From Camelus ferus (taxonomy: Eukaryota): a DNA stretch of 64,000 nucleotides. The translations under genes and the position numbers were made by a program. How positions within the stretch are numbered: the first letter of the stretch is position 1; each line of letters opens with the position of its first letter. Positions 51,839-64,000 of the stretch are shown piece by piece. Below the pieces are notes generated by a model that made no database searches, was not told the origin of the DNA, and saw nothing but the letters and a program-made list of their open reading frames with translations. The DNA is taken from contig NC_045696.1 in the NCBI RefSeq assembly GCF_009834535.1, forward strand, positions 3,970,001 through 4,034,000, in the 5' to 3' direction.

Positions 51839-54800
51839 AATGAATCAGTACGCTATACACCAGAAATTAACACATTGTAAATTGACTATAATTCAATTTT
51901 TAATATTGGGGGAAAAATACCAGTGCCTTGGGCAGAATCTGATCTCAGTGATTTATTGCTTAGTATTTATGTAAGCATCTGAACATAATGTCAGGTTTTG
52001 AAGCTTGTGTTTCTAATACGGAGGACTTCTCCTGTATTCAAGGGCTCCCCGACTGCACAGATATGATGGAAGAGGCATCAGGGTGCGGGGTGGGGGAATC
52101 CCCTTTCCTGTTAACTTGGTAAAAAGGCATTCCAAAATGCTGACTGCATCCTTGCTGAATCCCGCTCAGCACTGGAGGTTCTTTTCCCCCAGGAGCGTGA
52201 TGTGAGCATTTGCACAGTCCTAGCTGCAGCAGATTTATGGCAGCTCCCAGTAAATGCAAACCACGGGGATTAGTTTACCAGTCTGAAACACCTGAAAGGA
52301 GAGCAGGTCCAGCAGATAGGGACAAAACAATGATGCACTTAGCTGCTGCTACGTGTAAGTGAGATGAGCACACAACTTTTCCTTACTGACTTTAATTTCT
52401 TCCTAGCATGTCACATAATTCAATTCCAGTCATTTGAGAAATGACATTAACTGATATCCAGCAGTAGGAAAGTGTGGGTCTGACTCATGTAAAGATGGAA
52501 GCACTGATGATCTTTTATTGGCTGTTCTGCAAAATTTAAATAAAGATATAATCAAATGTTACTGTGTGTTTTGGGGATTACATTGCCTGCCTGGTGCAGA
52601 AAAGTCGAAATCACAGTGCGTATCAGTTAGCCCTTGCTGTGTAAGAAAACAAGCTCAAAGCCTTATGGCTTAGAAGGGTACATTTCTTGTGATTCAGAGG
52701 GTCAGCCGGGCAGTTCTTTCCCTCTGGGCTATCTTGGCTGCGGCCAGCACTCTAGGACCGCCTCAGGCACTTATCCCAAGGCTGGGCTGGAATAACCAGG
52801 ACTTGTATCCCTGTGGTCTGTTACCCTTCAGGAGGCTGGGCGGGGCTTTGTTACGTGGTGGTGGAGCAGTTCCAAGCAGCGAGCCCAATGTGTAAGCACC
52901 TGTGAATGTCTACTAGAATATGTTCTGTAATGTCCTATTAGCCAAAGAAAGTCACGTGATTGAGCCCAATTTGAAGGAGCAAACTCCCTGCATGGGACAA
53001 GTAGCAGTCACCCTGTGAAGCAGCAAGCTTCCCCGATGGGAGGGAATATGACACTATTTGTGCAAGCGAGTTACTAACACAGGGGTTTAAAGAATGTTCC
53101 AGTTTTACTTCTCGCTCTTGTAGAAGTCTGAAGGTGGGCAGACCACAGGTGGTGTGGGGGTTCCAGGGTCAGGAACCCAGACTCCCATCTGTTCTCTCTG
53201 TTCTGTGTAGCCTGCAGTCCCAAGGCTGCCTCGTGATTCAGTCAGCAAGTCTCCATTCGGGTCAGCTGGACATTGGCAATGGCACATCGTATCTTAAGCA
53301 CATTTTCTGGAGGTTGCACGTAGTGTCTTCACATCTGTCCCACAAGCCCCCCTGAATCTCATGACCACGTCTCCGGGAAATAGATTTGAGGGAAAAACTC
53401 AGCAGATTGGCCGCACATACCACTGTTGTTATTGTTTCCATTCTGCGTCCTTGACTGCTAGGAATCATACCAAAAATACGTTCTCAGTGTAGACAGTGGT
53501 AATGTAGTGTTAGCTAACGATCTGACGAACTGGATTCATATCTTGAAATGTCATTACTCAGGAGGACGTGGCAAAATGAAATCCCTCAAGGGACTCCCAG
53601 CAGCTAACGTTCATCTTGCCCGAGCCAAGCACATTCCCCTCTGTAATATTCGACGTCATGTTTCAGGAACCACCATGTATTTTTATTTGCTTTAATTTTA
53701 CTTGGTTGTTAAGTTCCTACTGCATCCATGGGGGCAGTTAGGTGTGACAGCAGAACTTACCGGCTCTGCTCAGGTTAGGACTGGTGCCGCTGGGTGTCAT
53801 CTTTAGAGATGTTTTCACTGGATCCCTCTGCAGACAATTCTAGCCAATGGCAGTGACAAAACCGAGTTATCTTTTGAAGCCCCGTTTTGCTCTAGAAAAG
53901 GGAATCTGCTCCAAACAGGCCTTATCCGTGAATCACAGCGGGTGGAGGTTGCTTTCAGAGGATTCGCTGTAATGAGAGATTCCATCCTAAGCTCTATTCA
54001 GATTTTCTTGTTTGCTCTTCTCCAGCCCAGATTGCCATCGCTGGGGAAGGAGTGGGAATCAGCCATGAGCTGATTACTCTGGAGGTCAGCTCGCCTAACG
54101 TCCCGGATCTAACCCTGATAGATCTTCCCGGCATCACCAGGGTGGCCGTGGGCAATCAGCCACACGACATTGAATACCAGGTGAGACTTCAAGCTGCATC
54201 CTGGCCTGGGCACTCACGCATCAGTCAGATCAGGACTGAGTTTGAAGAGCGGGTGACAGGGGTTGTCATAGGGAAACCTACGAAGTTTGTGATGGTCGAA
54301 ATCTACTCCACCAGGATAGGAGGAAGCTTCTGTGGAAAGAGGGAAATAGGTAAAGTTGGAAGTGCATTTTGTGGTTTGTTTTTGCTGACAGTGACATGTT
54401 GTCACATACCTAAACTGGCACTTTTCAGGAAGGGGGTTCATGTGGGAAGGGACAGCATGGGCACAACTATAATGCTGCTTCTGACTCAGGGAACCTCATT
54501 CTGTGGAGTAAAGATTTCGGGAAATGCAAGCAGCTCTTCTGGCATCTTGTTTTTCATCGTGATCATCAGCTTTGAGGTCTGAGGAGATAATTAATGAGCT
54601 AAAACCTCACAGTTTTCCCTGACCTCAGAGCTCTCTTTCAGCCACAGAGAGCTCAGTTTCTCCGGCTTGGAAAGTGCCACCAGGCTTGTGTCGCGGACTC
54701 ATTTCTCTGTAGTTGCTTCTTTGGGGGAAATACCTCTGGGACAGGGAGGGCCTGAAGCTAGTACGAGGGAAGGACCTGTCTTAACTCTCATACCCTCTCA

Positions 54801-57800
54801 TTTTCCAACAGATCAAGTCTCTCATCAGGAAGTACATCCAGAGGCAGGAGACGATCAACCTGGTGGTGGTCCCCTGTAACGTGGACATCGCCACCACCGA
54901 GGCCCTGCGCATGGCTCAGGAGGTGGACCCCGATGGGGACAGGACCATAGGTAAGAAGAGGGAAGAGTCTAAACATGGTAGGCGGCTCGACAGCAGAAAA
55001 GCATCCGTTGAATGCAGTGGTTGTTTCTTGGCCCCCAGGCAGGTGGGGGACTGCACCCAGCAGGTGAGGAGCACTTGAGAACCCACTGAGGCCAGATGAA
55101 ACGGGCCACATCTGACTCCTGTTGGCCGTGTGTTGGCTCGTGGTCCTTGTCTAGCTGCTTATACTAGGCCTGGTGGGCTCGGGGGGCAGAGCGAAATCAG
55201 GAAGCAGTTATATCCGTTGACAAGGCATTTGAAGCACTACAGCCCGAGTGTCCCGGACAGCTGAAAGGACACAGGAAGTGTGACGTGTCCATGCGCTGCT
55301 AGAGCCGTCAGCCTTAAAAAGGAAGGACGTTCTGACACGTGCGCCAGTGTGCATGGACCTTGAAGACATTAGGCTCAACGAAATGAGCCAGTGCGAGCGC
55401 ACAGATCCGTGGGACCCACTTTCATGGCGGATGGAGAGGAGTCAGGTTCAAAGAGACACAGTCAAGTGCGGGGATCGGGCGGGGGAGGAGGCAGCTGCTG
55501 GTGGAGACAGAGTCTCAGCTGTGGGAGCTGGAAGGTTTGGAGGCGGACAGGAGAGCGCGCTGCACCGCAGTGCGAGAAAGGCTTAGCGCCCTGAGCTGCT
55601 CACCTAAAAGCGGTTAGAATTGTCAATTTTATGTTTAAAACCTTGCATTTGGCTGTGAACAGTGGAGGACCTGAGTCCAGGGGCTGAAACAAATGGAGAT
55701 TTATCCTCACACAGAAGAAGTAACCTGGGCAGAGGCCTCTCCCCTCTCTGCCCGTGGCGGTGAGCCTTAAGGACCGGTCTCTCCTCCACCCTCAGCCGTG
55801 GTCCTGACTCCTCCCTCGTCCTGCCGCGCACCAGGCCTGGGGCGAGAGTCTCTCGGCCAGGGCAGCAGCTGCCAGTGGACCCGGGAAACCTGAGGGTTCG
55901 ATCTGTCCTGGCCTCAGTAGCATTCAGCCTGGGCCGTCACCCAGGCCCAAAACCTGGAGGGGTCCACGCATGCTGCAAGGCTGTGCCACTGCCGTCTCAT
56001 GGTACCCAACGTCTGAGCACGGGGCTCTGCGTTTTCCTTCTGCAGGGGGCCCCACAAATGATGTAGCTGGTCCTGGCCCGACCTGTGTTTCTCAGAATGT
56101 GCGCCAGGCCCCATCTGCATCAGAAATCACTGGAGAAATTTTAGAAACCCAAGTCCCTGGCTCCCACTGAACGTCTAAGTCTGATTCCTGGGGAGGGCCT
56201 GAGAATCTGCATTACAGGGCTCACCTGAAGGCGGTTCAGCTGCGCAGGGAAGTGAGAGCAGTATCGTAGAGAGTGGCCTCTTCCACTGGTCGGAAGGGAC
56301 TCAGAAAGGCCAGGAGATGCTGCCGTGTCTCTGGGTGATGTGTGCATGGGGAGAACCCACAGCCAGGTGTCCTCACAGCAGCAGGGACTCGCACCTTTGT
56401 CCTGCTGGCCCCATCGTCTGCCCTCCAGCAAGGGTGGGAGGAATCCGGGGACCAGGGGACCGTCCTCCCCAGGGCCGGGAGCTCTGCTCACTTCTCACTG
56501 TGGGAAGCTTTGGGCGCTCTCTAATCGGAGGTCTCTGGCCTGCAGGAATCTTGACAAAGCCTGATCTTGTGGACAAGGGCACTGAAGACAAGGTGGTGGA
56601 CGTGGTACGAAACCTCATCTTCCACCTGAAGAAGGGCTACATGATTGTTAAGTGCCGGGGCCAGCAGGACATCCAGGCCCGGCTGAGCCTGGCCAAGGCC
56701 CTGCAGAGGGAGCAGGCCTTCTTTGAGGACCACACACATTTCAGGTACGCACGGCGGTGTCTTCCTGAGGTTAAACCGAAATCACAGACCTCTGTCCTTA
56801 GGGGGAAAGATGGACGCCGTCCAAAAGCAGATACTGAGCGTAGTCGTGTGTGTTTGTTCCTGGACAATGACCTCGGAATTTGCTTCAAATTCTCAAGGAA
56901 GAATTGACAACGTGTTGCAAAAGGCAAATTTAAAATTCAAAATAAGAAAGAGACTTTCTGCCGTAATTTAAATAGTATAGTTCTCAAACCAGACTATAAA
57001 TGTAGGTGCACAGAATAGAAAAAGGTGGAAAACCCAGAAATTGACTCAGAATTGTATATTTGATCTGGGATAAATGTGGCATTTCAAAGCCCTGGGCTAC
57101 ATCAGTTTATCCATCAGTGGCTTTGAGATCATTGTGTAATATTTGGGAAAAATTTATTGTGCCCCTACTTAGTATGGGATACCAAAATAAATATCAATTG
57201 AAGTTTAAAATTAAATACAAGAAAGACACCTTAAGCATCCCAGAGGAAAACAGAGGTGGAGAGTTTATAATCCCATATCTTGCGAACTCTATTGCCGAAA
57301 GCAAAATTCTTTAAAAAGGAAAAAAGACTGTTAAATTGGTTAGATTTGAAATAATGAGTAGATGTTGAGTTGATGGGAAAGGAGGGGTGTGGGTCTTCAC
57401 CTCTGCTACTGGGAGCATGTGCTGTGGTCACATGCGAGCCAGTCTGAGCAGGTGTATCCCCAAGGCTGAGTTCTACTTCTGGGAATTCTACCCAGGAAAA
57501 TACAGGGATGTGTGCAGTCCTGTAGGCTAAGGTTGTTCGGCACAGATTTCTTTTTAATCATGAAAATTTGGAATCTAAACGTTGGAAATCGTGGGGTTTG
57601 TATACACGAACCAGAGTAAGAGACTGAAGACTTTGCAAGCATTCGAGAGCTGTGTCAATCAGATGCCAACACAAAGGTGCATATAGATGCTGAGAACAAA
57701 GGGACACAGTCACTGAGAGCCCTTGTGTGCAGACATGCACTCGTGGGTGGAGACCCACGTGCTTTGTCACCGCATCACACTGAACTCCCCCAGAAGCCTG

Positions 57801-60800
57801 CAGAGACACGTGCTTCAGAAGAGACACCTGTGCACTCGTGTTCGCAGCAGCGTTCTTCACAATAGCTACCGCGTAGAAACCACCTGCGTGTCCGCTGACA
57901 GATGCCTGGAGAAACAAAATGTGGTCCATCCAGACAGTGGACTCGGCCTGAAAAAGGAAGGAAATTCTGACACAGGCTGTGACACAGATGAACCTGGGGG
58001 ACAGTGTGCTCAGTGAAATAAGCCAGTCACCAAAACACAAGCCCTGGATGATTCCATCACACGAGGTCCCTGGAGGAGTCAGCGTCACAGAGACAGAGAG
58101 TGGAAGGATGGTTCCCCGGGTCTGGGGGCTGGAGGTGGGGAGCTGCTGCTGATGGGTCAGAGTTTCAGTTGGGGAAGAAGATTTGGTTCTGGAGGTGGGT
58201 GGCGGCGATGGTCGCACAACAATGTAATAGCACTTAATGCCCCGAGTGTGCACTGACATGTGGTTAAATGCTGGGTTTTATGTTATGTATGTTTTTACAC
58301 AGTTTACAGAATGGACAGGGGTGGAAACTGAAAGGGAGGTGTCCGTGTACTACCACAAATCTGCCTGAAAATTCACGCCTCCTGGCTTGAATCCTTCATC
58401 CTCAAAAGCCCTTAAAAATGTAGGAAGCCCTGTAACCGCTCAGCCGGTGAACACAGATTTGAAAGCGTGAGAGGAGGGCTTGGCTTCCTCCCTCCCAGCG
58501 CCCGAGGTCTCAGTTCTCGTCCTGGGGAAGGTGCGCCCCCTCGTTCAGAGTGCACCCCACACCTGTGTAAACACACGTCAGTACATTTTCATGAAGCCCG
58601 GGGCCGAGATGCGTCGTGTACGCAGAAGGGCGTGCACGTTATGAACACACAGCTAGAGGACACTGTATCTTTATAAAGACCGGTTCTCTAGGCCGATGTC
58701 CTGAGTCAGAGTCAACGTCTCAGCTGGGCGGGATCATTCTATACCATTTTCGAAATACCCAGCATCACTAAAATTCAGCCCTGGCTCCGTGCGCCCCAGT
58801 TCTGAGCACTTCCTGGGCACCGGCAGCAGGACAGCGCACCCCGTGGGGAGGACCTGGAGTTGCCGTGGCTTCTCCCGGCAGCAGGGAGCAGGCTTGCGTC
58901 GTCTGGCCGGACCCAGGTGGACGTGTTCGCTGTCTTCTCTTGCAGGGATCTTCTGGAGGAAGGGAGGGCCACGGTCCCCCGCCTGGCGGAGAAACTGACC
59001 GCAGAGCTCATCACACACATCTGTGTAAGCGCACGCAGAGCGGCCCGTTCTCTGAATAGAGTCCCGCAGGCGCGAAGCTGGGCCGCGCTGGTCACTCACT
59101 GCGACCTCCTGGGGGCCTTAGTGAGGCGCAGGGCACCCCGATGCGGCGTGGGCTCCCCAGGTGGTGCGGACGTTGCCCGTCAGAGGCCCACACGCTGAGT
59201 GGGATGCTGATGGTGCGGACGCACTTGGCCTGGGTGAAAACTAGACTCTCCGAGCACGGCACCACCCGCTCCTTTCTCACTGCCAACCGCTGTCATGGCG
59301 TCGGGGTCGCTGTGACGGTCGTGTGGGCCACTTCTGAGATTTCTCTGTGGTCCTTTTCAAATCTGCCTGGACAGAGTCTCTTGCTTTTTCACATTTACAA
59401 ACCTTTTATACGATGTCTTTGCTCGTATTTCTGTCTTTGTTTTCACGGGATGATTCCAACGTCGGCAGCCGGGTTCTCCCAGCCGTCCCCAAGGGACTTG
59501 GCTGGAGTTGGGACTGTGAGCCTCTCTTTCCTGGAACCTGGTCTGAGGGTGTGTGTGGGGGCCTAGGTTCAAAAGGGCTTCTGCAGGGAACACCGTGTTT
59601 GTTTCTGCCAGGCCCCGGGGAGGCCCTTTAGTGTTTCTGAATCACGTTAGATTTTCAGCCTGAGTTTGGGGACACTTTAGGGAGTGTGACGTTGAAAGTG
59701 TAGATGTGTTTGAGTGCTGGCTTGTGGTTACAGATTCCCAGGGGAGACTTTCTCTCCCCTCCTCCCAGCCCCGGCGTTCAGGCCAGGAGTGGGGCCGGAC
59801 GGCAGGGGTGTTCCTTGCTGACCGTTACAGTGAGAGCGGAGCTGGCTGGGGTCCCGGCTGCATGCAGGACTCCCCACCTTCAGCAGCCCACTGGGCATTT
59901 AGCCCTTCCCCCGGCACCCTGGCACCTGAGTCACTGGGCACCCACTGTCACCTGGCCTTGGAGTTCTGTCTCTGACCTGCCCCCGCCAGCTCACTGACAC
60001 ATTTAAAGGGGTGCTTGTGACCCTCAGGCCAGCAGTTTGAGGTGTTTGCGGTTGGCGGGCAAGCCAGCAGGTGCAGTCACCATGTGATGAGAGACAGAAG
60101 TCCCTGATAACTTTTAATCGGTTAACAACAACCTACAAATGTTGAATTTCAAATTATTCCGATGGCCACTTTTTCAGGACCCACTAGACACACGGGTTTT
60201 GCTAGTCCCCCTGAGGACAGTTTATGCCACAGGCTCCCAGAGGGACGTGGTCCTTGTGTTGCTGTCACAGGACCCGTAGGCACGCAGCGTGGCCCTGAGG
60301 CTGCTTCCACAGGAGCGGGCAGGGGGGAGGCCTGATGGGCAGCAGTTCCTGCTCCCACGCCCCCCTCCTTTGGGAACATCTGCCTTCTAGAGGGGCCAGG
60401 AATGGAGCGCCCTGGGCCACTGTCCGGCACCTGCAGGAGAACCCCGGGCCTCTGCTCATCCCGCTCACATCTGTGTCTTCCCGTTGTTTTCTGTTCTCAG
60501 AAATCCCTGCCCCTGTTAGAAAATCAGATAAAGGAGAGTCACCAGAAAATATCAGAGGAGTTACAGAAGTGTGGCTCCGACATCCCGGAAGACAAAAGTG
60601 GAAAAATGTTCCTTCTGATAGAGGTGAGTGTTGCCAGGGGACCAAGCTGCAGACTCGTGCGTCACTGTGCGGAAAGGGGTCGTGTTCCTCGGGCACGTCT
60701 GTCTTCACTTCCCCAGAGCTAATCCAGGTCACTCTGCCCCTTTGGCACCGAAAAGGGGCTGGGCTTAGGGGACCATCCCACTGCTGCCATTGGCTCCTCA

Positions 60801-63800
60801 TCAGGGGGACCCTGAAGGCAGGGAGGGCGGGAGGGGGTCATCTGCTGCCAAAGCCTCTTCTCTCCCCTCTGCCCACGAACCCCTCAGGCAGGAAAGAGGG
60901 ACTCGCCCTCCGCTTCATGCATGCGACCCCCAGACCACCTTGCTCGTATCTGGAGTATCTGCCCTTATCCATGTGTTTTTCTTCTTGACAGAAAATTGAT
61001 GCGTTTAATAAGGAGATCACAGTTTTAATTCAAGGGGAGGAATGCGTGGGGGAGCACAAGTCTCGGCTGTTTACCAGAATCCGAAGTGAGTTCAGCAAAT
61101 GGAGTGCTGTGATCGAAAAACATTTCCAAAAAGGTGAGCCCAGGCAACAAGGGAGACCTGGCAAGGGGGTCGAGCCCAGGGCGGGGTGGGGGAGATGCCG
61201 TTGGTGAAGGCGGCCACGGTAAGGGGTTAGTAGTGGGAAAGTCTCGTTTGCCGTTTCATATCCCTGAGTCTGGCCCGGAAGCCTCTAGTACCGATTTCAA
61301 AGGACACCCAGAGAGAAAACGCAGCCTCCCTGGCCCGTCTCCTTGGAGACGCTCAGAAGAGCAGCCCTCCGTCCGCAGAGAGCCCGTGGGCCTGGCGCGT
61401 GTGTGAGGCTCTTTGCGTTGCCAGTCGGGCTGCCCCTGAAACGGCCCCGATTCCCTCTCCCTTAACCTACCGAGGCCTTGAAGCCTGAGGCGTTTGGTGA
61501 TAGATTTCACAGCCGCAGTGATGAAAGGCACAGAGAACAGCACGTGAGGTACCAGCCTCGCATCATCAAAGCCTCCAGAGTCTGAAAAAGGTAGACACTG
61601 TGATCTGAAGTTTACTTTTAATATTTCAAGACGCCTGAAGCAAATCATAGATCAGCCACTGAGGACAATATCAAGTAACTTTGCTTTTATTCAAACAACT
61701 TGGGGTGGCAGGTGTGTTCCTTATTGATTTCGGCTGACCCCAGGTTCAGATTGGCAGGCCTCCTGGGCTCTGAGTCAGGAACATGGGAAGATAAATCATG
61801 CAAGTTTCTACATAAAGCAGAGGTGACACCTTTGTTCCTTGCCAGAGGGCAGGGAGGGTAAGGAACAGTGCCCTTGAGGGAGAAAAGTCCGGAAAGCTCA
61901 TTTGCGGGCAGTCACTTGCCCCATTTCCGTGGTCCCTGCGCTGTTTGCAGGAGCTAAATCCACCCGCGGAGAGAGGGCGGCTCGCTGCTGCGTGCTGTGC
62001 CCTCTCGTCAGCCGGGGGACCCCGTTCAAGGACGACGACAGCCCTTGACCTCCAGCGGTCCCCCGTGCACTGTCCAGCCAGGTTTTTAATGGTGTAAGTG
62101 TGTAGGGCAGGCGGCCTGTGAGCTAGTGTCTCAGGTTTTTAGATGCTAAACCCCTCCCAGCAACGATCAGTTACGTATCACTGGGCACCCAAATGCAAGA
62201 GAATTAACTGAAACCCCTAACTCACCCTCGAGGCAAAAGATAAACTCAAAATGGGTCAAAAACCAACAAGTATGGCTGAGACTGTAAAACTCTTAGAAGA
62301 AAACATAGGATTAGACCTTCATGAGCAGGATTCGGCAGTAGTTCTCTTTTCTTCAGACGGGACCCCTAAAACAGGAGCAGCAAAAAAAAAAAAAAAAAAA
62401 AAAGATCATTTGGATTCATCTGAATAGGAACCATTTGTGCATCAGAGAGCGCTAGCACGGAAGTGGAAAGACACCCACAGGTTGGGAGGGAACATTTACA
62501 AATTTTACATCTGACAAGTGTCATGTATTCAGAGTATATAAAAAGCTCTACAGCTCAAGCACAAAAAACAAACAATCCAGTTTAAGGATGATCAAAGGAT
62601 TGGTGTAGACATCCTTCCAAACAAGAAGATGTGCCTGTGGCTAATAAGACCATGACAAGGTGCTCAAGCTCATTATCCAGCAGAGAAATGCAAAATCAAC
62701 CCACAGCGGGACGCCACCTCACACTTGCTCGGATGCCTGTCAGCAAAACGTTGACAGGGAGTGTTGACAAGAGTCTAGAGACGGCAGAACCCCCGCACCG
62801 CTGGAGGAAGAGTAATGGTGCAGCTGCTCTGGGAAGCTTTCCAGCAGTTCCTCCGGACGCTCAGCATGTGCTGCCACATGACCAGCGGTTCCATTCGTAG
62901 GTACATCCTCCAGAGAATGGACGTGTGTGTTCACATAAATGCGTTCTGAATGTCCTTGTCAGCACTGTCCATAATGGCCAAGAAATGGAAACCACCCATA
63001 TGTACATCAACTGATGAATGGATAAGCAAATTGTGGTCTGCTGGTACGTATCCATTTGCTAGGGCTGTCGTACCGAGGGTCTTAAGCAACAGAAGTTTAA
63101 TTTCTCATAATGCTGGAGGCTGGACGTCCAAGATCAAGTGTCAACCAGTTCGGGTTCTTCTGAGGCCTCCTGTCTTGGCTTGCCGGTGGCGGCCCTCTCC
63201 CACTGTCCTCACGTGGTCACCCTTCTGGGTGTGTCTGTGTCCTGATCTCCTGCTGTTAGGACCAGTGTTACCGGTGAGGGCTCCCCTCCTGGTCTCATTT
63301 CACCTTCACTGCCTCTTTAAAGGCCCTGTGTCCCAGTACCATCCCATTCTGAGGCACCAGGAGATAGGTCTTCAACAAACGAGTTCTGGGGAGACAGAGT
63401 TCAGCTCTCAGTGGAACATTATTCACCCCTAGAAAGGCACGAGGGACTGGCCCGCGCTACACCTCGGATGAACCTGGAGTCTGTCAGGCCGAGTGAAAGC
63501 GGTCAGGCACAAAAAGCTGCATGCTGCATGGTTGCACTTATATGGACGTCCAGATGAGGCGAATCCATAGACCTGGAAAGCTGATTAGTGGTTTCCAGGG
63601 GCTGGGGAGAGAGGGAAACGGGGAGGGACTGCTGGTCGGTACAGGGTTCCATCGCGGGATGGAGTCTTGGGGGATTAGACGGTCTCGATGGTTGCACCAC
63701 TTTGTGACTATGCTGAAAACCGTACACCTTAATAGTGTGAATTTTATGGTTTGTGTATTGACCTCAGTTTTTTAAAAATGCCTGTGAGAAAGTATCTCCT

Positions 63801-64000
63801 GAGCAAAAGAGGGTAACTAGGTTACCATCCTTGATTTAGCAAAGAAAAGAAACCAGAGCCCTGCTGAATTTGCACCCCCTGTGGGGTTTCTCCATACTCT
63901 CGTCTGCTGAGGGGGAAAAGAACTCCAGATGTATAAAGGAAAACCTAAATGTTTTACAGAGTAAACAGTGGCGCCGCCTCGGGTCAGTGCTCTAGCTCTA
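45400..64000 (+). repeat. Direct duplicate of 21423-~40034 (>=18.6 kb, continues off window)
   Basis: Colinear near-identity at an offset of ~23.96-23.98 kb, including introns and repeats. Confidence 0.97.
45834..61133 (+). CDS. MX1: MX1 copy B (paralog or alternate haplotype), coding exons 1-9; frameshifts in exons 2-3 as assembled
   Basis: Exons 45834-45938, 50120-50309 (190, -3), 51385-51521 (137, -1), 54026-54180, 54812-54950, 56546-56744, 58946-59024, 60501-60623 and 60992-61133. Confidence 0.85.

Overview
Mammalian (eukaryotic) genomic DNA containing the MX2-MX1 interferon-induced dynamin-like GTPase locus, all on the + strand. The host is probably a cetartiodactyl and the L1 3' ends look camelid-like (inference). 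It comprises three contigs separated by two 100-N gaps (1974-2073, 45300-45399). Contig 1 holds the 3' part of a decayed gamma-type ERV (integrase remnant, env TM, PPT, 3' LTR) and ends in a ~140-bp segment also found upstream of MX1. Contig 2 holds the last six coding exons of MX2, an LTR-rich intergenic region, two ISRE clusters, and MX1 from its promoter to coding exon 12 of 13; exon 11 carries a frameshift and the last exon is lost in the gap. Contig 3 is a second, near-identical copy of MX1 (equivalent to 21423-~40034). It has frameshifting 1-nt deletions in a low-quality-looking patch, plus localised blocks of several-percent divergence and two amino-acid differences. The main candidate novelty is a possible MX1 gene duplication with mosaic (conversion-like) divergence and an ERV-flanked junction, although a false haplotypic duplication cannot be excluded from sequence alone. 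The MX1 L4 specificity loop also lacks the aromatic residue used by human MxA. I see no evidence for a wholly new type of system.
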